A stretch of DNA of 64,000 nt from Planctomycetota bacterium (lineage in GTDB: Bacteria; Planctomycetota; UBA11346): positions 14,969-78,968 of the forward strand of contig JAFLCQ010000002.1 in NCBI GenBank assembly GCA_017302815.1, in the 5' to 3' direction. The notes beneath the pieces are model-generated. The model was not told where the DNA came from. It was given only the letters and a program-made list of their open reading frames with translations, and ran no database searches. This document shows, piece by piece, positions 57,565-64,000 of the stretch. The position numbers and the translations under genes are program-made. Every line of letters begins with the position of its first letter. Position 1 is the stretch's first letter.

Positions 57565-57632
57565 GCCGCCGAACTCCTTGACCACCACGACTACTGTAGT
57601 AGGTTATACCTATACTCACAAAGGGAAACCCA

Positions 57633-58397
57633 ATGTCCATTCATTTTACCTCGATCCACCCTGCGCTTATCGCCCTCTTGGCGATAACACCAGCCATCGC
57701 CGCTGCGGAACCCGTGTTCCAGGCAACCGGAGGCGCCATTACGATCGGAAAACTTAAAGTCGAGCTCGGCTCCAATGGTGTGATCCAGATTCTTCGTCCC
57801 GGCACGACAACCCCGCAGAGCGACTTCCATTTCCCTACGGTACGCACTGGCGACAGCAAGTGGCAGCACGCGGCGATGTGGGAAGGGCGAGCGATCACCG
57901 TCGACCCCGTTCAGCATACGACGGTTATGCGTGGAAATCTGCCTCTCGCGGACGGTTCGACTCTACCGATGTCCTGGGGATACCGGCTATTACCCGACGG
58001 CACCATCCGCATCACTGCCCGCAACGAAGGATCGAAGCCGCTCAAGGATCAGGCTCGCGCATGGATCGCATTCCACTCCGCGCGCAGCCTCCACACCGAG
58101 CGCCCGATCACCGTGGACACCCAAGCATTCTCCATCCCACCCCTCAACGATGGCGAAACTGCCAGCCATCCGATGTACACCGGTCCGGCCAAACCGGTAT
58201 CTTTCACGATATCCTTGCCCGCCAAGTTGTCGCTCAACTTCGACCATATCACAGAACTCCAGATCAGTGACAAGCGCGATGCCACCAAACCCACTGGAGG
58301 CCAGATCCAAGTAAACGCACCATTTACTGCTGACGAGGCGTCCGTCGACCTGCGCCTCGCCGATGATGATCGCGACACCCCCCCCGCGAAGCGCTGA
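57633..58397 (+). CDS. Secreted hypothetical protein (254 aa), paralogous to the N-terminal domain of the downstream giant protein
   Basis: Track ORF. The signal peptide is MSIHFTSIHPALIALLAITPAIAAAEP, with a GGGAAA RBS-like sequence upstream. WGYRLLPDGTIRITARNEGSKPL aligns with WGYQLREDGTIRITASSSGPRPL of the next gene. Confidence 0.55.
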   Translation: MSIHFTSIHPALIALLAITPAIAAAEPVFQATGGAITIGKLKVELGSNGVIQILRPGTTTPQSDFHFPTVRTGDSKWQHAAMWEGRAITVDPVQHTTVMRGNLPLADGSTLPMSWGYRLLPDGTIRITARNEGSKPLKDQARAWIAFHSARSLHTERPITVDTQAFSIPPLNDGETASHPMYTGPAKPVSFTISLPAKLSLNFDHITELQISDKRDATKPTGGQIQVNAPFTADEASVDLRLADDDRDTPPAKR

Positions 58398-58474
58398 ATC
58401 ACGGAGCCACGCACCCTGACAGGTGCGTGGCCGCCATCCCGACCATCGTCATCCATCGTCCCCAGGATAGCACC

Positions 58475-61400
58475 ATGATCACACTCCACGGCTCCGTGCT
58501 GCGGCTGTGCCTTGCCACCCTCGCCGGGTTGATGTTGGCGAACGCCGCCGATCCCACATTCAACCCGGATGGCGCAATATCGGTCGGATCACAACGCCTC
58601 GCGCTGACACCAATGGGCGAGATCACCATCACCGGTCCCGGTGGTTCGACCAGCTTCCATATGCCCCTCAACCGGCGCAGCGATGGGCAATGGAGCCTCG
58701 CAGGCAGCAAGCTGGAGGGCGCGCGCATCGCCATCGACCAGGCGGCCCGAAGCGTGGTCCTCAGCGGTGGCTATCGCTATGATGCCGCCGAGGCGGCGAT
58801 CCCCGTGGCCTGGGGCTACCAGTTGCGGGAGGATGGCACCATCCGCATCACCGCGTCCAGTTCCGGGCCGCGCCCCCTCCTCGAGGTCGCCATCCCGCGG
58901 ATCAGCCTGCACGTCAAGCGCTCGCTGCTGGTCGGACAATCGGTCGAGGTCGACGGCCAGGCCACCCCGATCGCGGCGCTGGCGGCCCCCGAAGACCGCT
59001 CGGTGACGATCCATGACGCCCCGGCGCAACGCATCCTCACCCAGCTGGCGCTGCCTGCCCGCCTGACGCTGGCCCCTTCCGGCATGGTCCGCACCGTCGT
59101 GATCGACCGCCATTCCACCACCCGTGACGGCGGCGGCGTGGTCGAGATCAACGCCTACTGCGCCGGGGCCGAGGCCTGGGTCGACCTGCGGATCGAGGAC
59201 CTGTCCAAGCCATCCGGGGCCGAGACCTACGCCGGGGTCGACTACGGAATCGGCGGACTGCGCCTGCCCCGCCGGCTGCCCGGCAACCTGGTGGAGAACC
59301 CCGGCTTCGAGCAGGGCTTCCGCTCCTGGGACGTGATGCAGCAGGGCGACGCCAAGCCGCGGACGGTGGCCGAAAACTACCGCATCGTCGAAACCGGCGC
59401 CTACGAAGGCCGGCGCTGCCTGGAGATCCTCGCCGATCCCGCCGCCAGGCCGGGCTCGCTCGCGACCTTCGGCATGCCGGTGCTGCCGAGGAAGCCCTAC
59501 ATCCTCAGCTTCTACGCCAGATCCGAACCGGCGGGCGGACGGCTGGAGATCGCCAGCACCAGCGCGTTCTTCCCCGTTGCCGACTGCAACGGGCGGTTCG
59601 AAACGACGTCGGATTGGCAACGCTATACCATCGCCTTCACTCCGTCGAATCCGCTCGCATGCATCGGCTTCGCCCCCGCCACCGCCAATGCACCGGGTTG
59701 CCGGATCTACGTGGATGCGGTCCAGGTGGAACCCGGAGCCAGCGCCGGCCCCTTCGTCAGCAAGGCGGTGGCGGCCGCGCTGGTGAGCAACGGCCGCGGG
59801 AACGTCCTGCCGCCGGAGGCCGCGGTCGGCGCTGCGCTGCGCCTCGACGGCCGGCCGCGAACCACCGGATCCGTCGCCCTGACTGCCACCGCCTTCGATG
59901 GCATGGTCGTGCAACAGGTGACGATCCCCTTCGACCTCGGCGAGGCGGGGACCGCCCGCCTGGAGCTGCCCTGGGCCGAGCGCCTCGGCCGCGGCACCTG
60001 GACGATCGAGGCGGCGATCAGCACCGCGGACGGATTCGCTGATCGCGATTGGCACCGCCTGACGGTGATGCCCTTCGCCGCCAATGCCGGCCAGCACCGC
60101 CTGCTGTTCTCCGGTGGCGCCTATGACGGCCGCCGCGGCCACCATGATCTCTGGGCCGAGTTCTACCGCCGCGCCGGCATCGGATCCGCCGTGGTCTTCA
60201 ACCCGGCGGATGAGGGTTTCCGCTCGGCATTCGCCGCCAAGGGGGTCTACTTCTATTCATCGATCTTCCTCGGCGGCGACCATGTCCTGCTTGATGGCGC
60301 CTCGGTCGACGTCCGCGATGGGTACGCCTCGCTCAACGACGCGCAACTGGCCGGGATCGAAGCCTACTGCTACGCCAAGGCCAAGGCCAACCCAGCCATC
60401 CGAGAATGGAAGACGATCAACGAGCCGGACACCGCAAAGCTCCTCGCCGGGCCCGACCACGACGCCCGGATGAAGGCCTTCATCGCCCTCCAGGCCGCCG
60501 CCTGGCGCGGGATCAAGCGGGCCGATCCGGCGATGCGGGTGATGACGCCGGACTGCTCGAGCATGTACCCCAGCACCGGCATCGCCTTCATCGATGCCTG
60601 GCTCACGGCCGGCGGCGGCGCATGCACCGACATCGTCGCCGTGCACCCCTACCGGCCGCGCCCGGAGGATCCCGACCTCGACGCCCACACCGCCGCCCTG
60701 CTCCGGATGCTGGACCGCCAGCATTTCACCGGCGAGGTGTGGTTCACCGAGGGCATCTACCACCAGCCCTACCACATCCCCGCCTTCAACCTGACCCCGC
60801 ACCAGGGATGCAGCTCCGACGCCTGCCGCGCCACCGCCTTCAGCTACGATCTCGCGCGTTCCGAGCGCATGGCCGGCGCCTACACGATGCGCTCCTGGCT
60901 GGTCGGCCTGAAGTACGGCGACCGGGTGAAGAACCAGGTCGACTGGGGCTTCCCGGTCTCGCGTCGCGCCCTCGACCAGGATCTGACCCCCAGCGTGGTG
61001 GTGTTCGCGAGCAACACCCTCGCCGATCTGCTCGGCAGCGCAACTTTCGCCGGCGATGTCGAATACGGCGCCGGAATCCGCGGCTACGCCTTCGTCGACG
61101 AGCAGCGGCGTCCGGTGGTGGCGCTGTGGAGCTGCGACGAGGCCCGTGATCTCAGCCGCGCCGACGCCGGTCCCGATCCGGTGCTGGTCCTGCCCGCCCT
61201 GCCGCCCGGCACCGAGCGCATCGCCTTCGATGGCCATGTCTCGCCGGCCGCGACCCGCCTGGCGATCACGCCATGGCCGCAGTTCCTCCGCGGCACGGCT
61301 GGTTCACTGGCAGCGCTCCGCAATGTACTGGAGGCGGGCGCCTTCCCCGGCGGCGGCGTGCCGCAGCTGCACGCCGGCTTGCGCCTGGTCTCATCGACCC

Positions 61401-62323
61401 AGGCCCAGGCCCAGGTGGTCAACCTCCTCGGCCGGACGGTCCGCGGCCGCCTGACCGTCACATCAGACGAGCGTCCACTGCAGGACGGGGCGGTGGAAAT
61501 TACCGGCAAGGCGACCAGTTCGGTCGTGGTGCCGATCACGATGCGCGATGGCGAGCTGACCCCGGTCTCAGCGCGGATCGGCTTCACTCCCATCGGAGCC
61601 CAACCAGCCCCGCCCCAGGAAAGCAGCTTCGAATGCGGTTCGATTCGCCATCTGCAGCAGGCTCCGCGGATCGACGGGGATATCACCGACTGGCCAGCCG
61701 GCAGCGTCATCGCGATGCCGCAACGCCTGGTCGAGTTCAAACCCATCACCAACGACGAACGCACCGCCCATCCGGCACCGGTGCCCTGGAAGGGCCCCGC
61801 CGACCTCTCGGGAACCGTCCGGATCGGCTGGGACGATGCCTGCCTCTACATCGGAGTCGAGGTTCGCGATGACGTCCACGATCCGATCGACGATGTCACG
61901 CGGGCCTGGATGGGTGACGGGCTGCAGATCTACATCGACAGCTGGGGCGACGCTCGCGAACGGAATGTGCGCGGTTTCGGCAACGATGATCAGACCTTCC
62001 GGATCTGGGTCGGACAGGATGGAACGCTGCGCTGCGTCCGCGACGTCGCTCCGGAGCGGCAGATCGCCTTCCTCAACACCGGCCCGGTGGCTGGCGCCCA
62101 GCTGGCGTTCAAGCGCCAGGGCGACCGGTCGGTCTACGAACTGGCGCTGCCCCTGCGCGAATTGCAGCCGCTGAAACTCGCACCGGGCGCGGTGTGCGGC
62201 TTGGCCATCCTGGTCAACGATCGTGACGGCGACTACCGCAAGCGTGCCCTGACCATGACCCCGGCGGGGACCGAGCCATACATGCATCCCGAGCTGTTTC
62301 CGCTCTGGGTGTTGGCGCCCTGA
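58475..62323 (+). CDS. Giant secreted multidomain protein: N-terminal domain of unknown function, CBM4/9-like module, GH-A-clan TIM-barrel-like region and C-terminal CBM9/DOMON-like domain
   Basis: Track ORF 58427..62323. The start is chosen at MITLHGSVLRLCLATLAGLMLANAADPT, a signal peptide. The CBM-like block is LVENPGFEQGFRSWDV...YILSFYARSEP. The candidate acid/base is EWKTINEPD (NEP). The candidate nucleophile region is EVWFTEGIY. The C-terminal DGDITDWPAGS...GWDDACLYIGVEVRDDVHD is CBM9-like. Confidence 0.65.
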   Translation: MITLHGSVLRLCLATLAGLMLANAADPTFNPDGAISVGSQRLALTPMGEITITGPGGSTSFHMPLNRRSDGQWSLAGSKLEGARIAIDQAARSVVLSGGYRYDAAEAAIPVAWGYQLREDGTIRITASSSGPRPLLEVAIPRISLHVKRSLLVGQSVEVDGQATPIAALAAPEDRSVTIHDAPAQRILTQLALPARLTLAPSGMVRTVVIDRHSTTRDGGGVVEINAYCAGAEAWVDLRIEDLSKPSGAETYAGVDYGIGGLRLPRRLPGNLVENPGFEQGFRSWDVMQQGDAKPRTVAENYRIVETGAYEGRRCLEILADPAARPGSLATFGMPVLPRKPYILSFYARSEPAGGRLEIASTSAFFPVADCNGRFETTSDWQRYTIAFTPSNPLACIGFAPATANAPGCRIYVDAVQVEPGASAGPFVSKAVAAALVSNGRGNVLPPEAAVGAALRLDGRPRTTGSVALTATAFDGMVVQQVTIPFDLGEAGTARLELPWAERLGRGTWTIEAAISTADGFADRDWHRLTVMPFAANAGQHRLLFSGGAYDGRRGHHDLWAEFYRRAGIGSAVVFNPADEGFRSAFAAKGVYFYSSIFLGGDHVLLDGASVDVRDGYASLNDAQLAGIEAYCYAKAKANPAIREWKTINEPDTAKLLAGPDHDARMKAFIALQAAAWRGIKRADPAMRVMTPDCSSMYPSTGIAFIDAWLTAGGGACTDIVAVHPYRPRPEDPDLDAHTAALLRMLDRQHFTGEVWFTEGIYHQPYHIPAFNLTPHQGCSSDACRATAFSYDLARSERMAGAYTMRSWLVGLKYGDRVKNQVDWGFPVSRRALDQDLTPSVVVFASNTLADLLGSATFAGDVEYGAGIRGYAFVDEQRRPVVALWSCDEARDLSRADAGPDPVLVLPALPPGTERIAFDGHVSPAATRLAITPWPQFLRGTAGSLAALRNVLEAGAFPGGGVPQLHAGLRLVSSTQAQAQVVNLLGRTVRGRLTVTSDERPLQDGAVEITGKATSSVVVPITMRDGELTPVSARIGFTPIGAQPAPPQESSFECGSIRHLQQAPRIDGDITDWPAGSVIAMPQRLVEFKPITNDERTAHPAPVPWKGPADLSGTVRIGWDDACLYIGVEVRDDVHDPIDDVTRAWMGDGLQIYIDSWGDARERNVRGFGNDDQTFRIWVGQDGTLRCVRDVAPERQIAFLNTGPVAGAQLAFKRQGDRSVYELALPLRELQPLKLAPGAVCGLAILVNDRDGDYRKRALTMTPAGTEPYMHPELFPLWVLAP

Positions 62324-62355
62324 AGCTGCCGCCGACCTCATCATACACCGGCTCA

Positions 62356-62392
62356 CGAAAGCCGAGCACAGACGCGGTCACATGGCCGCGTC
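62356..62392 (+). terminator. Rho-independent terminator after the giant gene
   Basis: A perfect 12-bp stem, GCACAGACGCGG paired with CCGCGTCTGTGC, encloses an 8-nt loop and is followed by TTTTT. It lies 33 bp after the stop at 62323. Confidence 0.6.
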
Positions 62393-62411
62393 TGTGCTTT
62401 TTGGTAATTTC

Positions 62412-62425
62412 CATCCCTGCAAACG
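62412..62425. promoter_or_regulatory. 14-bp perfect palindrome AACGCTTAAGCGTT, a candidate operator, upstream of the esterase gene
   Basis: The perfect inverted repeat lies between the terminator at 62356-62392 and the ATG at 62560. A second short inverted repeat, CGCGTG-GCA-CACGCG, follows at about 62443-62457. Confidence 0.35.
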
Positions 62426-62559
62426 CTTAAGCGTTGGATTCGTGCGCGTGGCACACGCGAATGCAACCGATACCCAGGCATAATCATCCGGTGTAGGGAT
62501 TGGCTCGGGATCCGATGTGTTAACATCGTGAACTCGGACCCATTTCACCTGGAGACATC

Positions 62560-64000
62560 ATGTCCCGACAATTCCTCATCACCATCGCGAGTCTGTGCGC
62601 GACGAGCGCCTGGGCTGCCACCGCTGGTACGATCGTCGAATACACAGCACCATCGGGAACGCCCAGCGCCACTCCGCCGTCGCCCTACACCGATGCTCAA
62701 TTCCTGTATCAGTACTTTGTCCCCAAGGCTGATGATCCGCAGCAGACGCCGTTGTACTACCGGCTCTACGTCCCACCGAGCTATGCGACCTCGGGCAGCA
62801 TCAAGCATCCGCTCGTCATCTTCCTCCATGGCGATGGTGAGACGGAGCAGACCAATCCGCCGCGGAACCAGAAGCAACTGACCAACAACGGCCAATATGC
62901 GTTCTGCAGCACCGCCAATCAGGCCCAGTTCCCATGCTTCTTCGCCATGGTCCAGACTGCCTGGTGGGGTCGCGACACCGGCACCAAGACCGGCTCCGAC
63001 ATGGCCACCGCCCTCGCGGCAAAGTACCGCATCGATGTTGACCGCATCATTGTCACCGGCCTCTCGGGTGGAGGTGGTGCAACGCAGTGCTGGGTCGGCA
63101 ACCAGCCCGGAACCTATGCCGGCTTCGTCGCATTGAGCGCACCGACCCCGCAAGCTGCAGGGTCATTCAAGCCGGCTGGCCTAGCGAAGGTGCCGTCCTG
63201 GCTGTTCGGATCCGAAGGCGACAGCATCGACTGCAACAACTACCTCGCCGCCACCCTGCAGTCCTACGGCGCGTACACCATGAACACCCGCTATGCCAAT
63301 GGCGGACATAGCTCCAGCACCTGGATCGCGGCGTACAACACCCCGGCACTTGTCCCATGGCTCGCCACCCTACGTCGCGGCCAAGTGGCGACGCACCCGG
63401 TGGAGGTCGCCATCACTGCGCCGACGCAGGCTGATGTCTACGCCACCAGTGCGACGACAATCAAACCGGCGGGCACCACCCTCGATCGCCAGTACGGCGG
63501 CGTAGCGTCCGGAATCACCGCCGTGAACTGGTCGATCAAGGGCGGCAGCAGCCTGACGACCACCGGCGGAACCGCTTCGTGGAGCGCCTCCGCGGCCGGC
63601 AGCCTGCCCAGCGGCGACGGCTACGTGTCGGCGACCGCAACCTGCGGCAGCTGGAACTCTTCCCGCGGTGGCGTCACCTACGTCAGCGATGTCCTGCGCA
63701 TCCAGCGCTCAGCGACCAATACGAACCCGACGATCACCGCCATCGCCAACCAGAGTCTCCCCGTTGGAGGCAAGACTAGCGCCCTGGCGTTCACCGTCGC
63801 CGACACCGAGACCGCGGCTGCGTCGCTCACCGTCACCGCCACATCGTCAAACTCAGCTCTGGTTCCGGCAGGTGGCATCGTCATCGGTGGCAGCGGAAAC
63901 AACCGCACCATCACCATCATTCCAGCGACAGGCGCTTCCGGATCGGCATCGATCACCGTTACGGTGTCGGACGGAACCCTCACCGCCAGCCAGACTTTCA
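62560..64000 (+). CDS. Secreted alpha/beta-hydrolase esterase (PHB-depolymerase/peptidase-like fold) fused to Ig-like/cadherin-like repeat domains; it runs off the window end, so it is partial
   Basis: Manual translation from the ATG at 62560, with GGAGA 4 nt upstream, finds no stop before the window end. The product begins MSRQFLITIASLCATSAWAATAG, a signal peptide. Esterase blocks are HPLVIFLHGDGE and IIVTGLSGGGGAT (GxSxG). The distal half consists of Thr/Ser/Ala-rich beta-strand-like repeats (NPTITAIANQSLPVGGKTSALAFTVADTETAAASLTVTATSS...). It is absent from the ORF track because no stop lies in the window. Confidence 0.6.
   Translation, partial: MSRQFLITIASLCATSAWAATAGTIVEYTAPSGTPSATPPSPYTDAQFLYQYFVPKADDPQQTPLYYRLYVPPSYATSGSIKHPLVIFLHGDGETEQTNPPRNQKQLTNNGQYAFCSTANQAQFPCFFAMVQTAWWGRDTGTKTGSDMATALAAKYRIDVDRIIVTGLSGGGGATQCWVGNQPGTYAGFVALSAPTPQAAGSFKPAGLAKVPSWLFGSEGDSIDCNNYLAATLQSYGAYTMNTRYANGGHSSSTWIAAYNTPALVPWLATLRRGQVATHPVEVAITAPTQADVYATSATTIKPAGTTLDRQYGGVASGITAVNWSIKGGSSLTTTGGTASWSASAAGSLPSGDGYVSATATCGSWNSSRGGVTYVSDVLRIQRSATNTNPTITAIANQSLPVGGKTSALAFTVADTETAAASLTVTATSSNSALVPAGGIVIGGSGNNRTITIIPATGASGSASITVTVSDGTLTASQTF

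Noticed and set aside
58589-62356. Minus-strand ORFs 58589..60145 (518 aa), 60257..61237 and 61568..62356
   Set aside because: They lie antisense to the giant plus-strand multidomain gene.
62528-62881. 117-aa plus-strand ORF from the track
   Set aside because: It is in a different frame from the convincing esterase ORF that starts at 62560 with an RBS and signal peptide. Its translation is Arg/Pro/Ser-rich.
1-64000. Search for CRISPR arrays, rRNA and tRNA genes
   Set aside because: No regularly spaced direct repeats, no rRNA-like conserved stretches and no cloverleaf-compatible tRNA candidates were recognised by eye. The tRNA and ncRNA absence is not definitive without a covariance-model scan, especially for the AT-rich spacers at 18949-19257 and 20476-21182.

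Overview
The window is high-GC (roughly mid-to-upper 60s % GC by eye) and, from protein content, comes from a PVC-superphylum-like genome: it carries two prepilin-type H-X9-DG (DUF1559) proteins and many secreted CAZymes. Most of it is a glycan-utilisation region. It encodes two GH29 alpha-L-fucosidases, a GH95-like fucosidase, two very large GH2-type hydrolases, a GH42 beta-galactosidase, a GH63-like six-hairpin hydrolase, a GH106-like 1300-aa hydrolase next to an L-arabinose-isomerase-family gene, a heparinase II/III-like lyase and two GH-A-clan TIM-barrel proteins. It also encodes five SGNH/alpha-beta esterases, four AraC regulators, one LacI regulator and one GntR/LacI-type regulator.

On top of this sit four kinds of accessory signal. 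First, at the left edge there is a translationally coupled three-gene minus-strand operon with ATGA stop/start overlaps. It runs from a small secreted protein, through a protein with 8 tandem CHB_HEX_C repeats, to an Rhs/YD-repeat protein that runs off the window. The N-terminal domain of the Rhs protein has a distinct, lower GC. Second, an orphan tetraheme c-type cytochrome sits between that operon and the glycan genes. Third, a roughly 2.2-kb AT-rich island (about 18.95 to 21.18 kb) carries a small membrane protein and a UPF0303 gene. A second, native-GC UPF0303 paralog ends a GH2-GH95 operon. Fourth, an intact IS66-family element (23177..25737) has 22-bp imperfect inverted repeats and a perfect 8-bp target duplication, GGCTGATC. 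It is inserted exactly at the GH42 stop codon.

Other points are a standalone paralog of the N-terminal domain of a giant CBM/GH-A/CBM9-like protein, a degenerate duplicated gene fragment, two perfect palindromes that may be operators, and a clean rho-independent terminator. I recognised no rRNA, tRNA or CRISPR array. The provided ORF track appears to omit ORFs that run off the window edges: the Rhs-like gene and the final esterase gene were found by manual translation. Many long ORFs in the track are antisense artefacts of the high GC.
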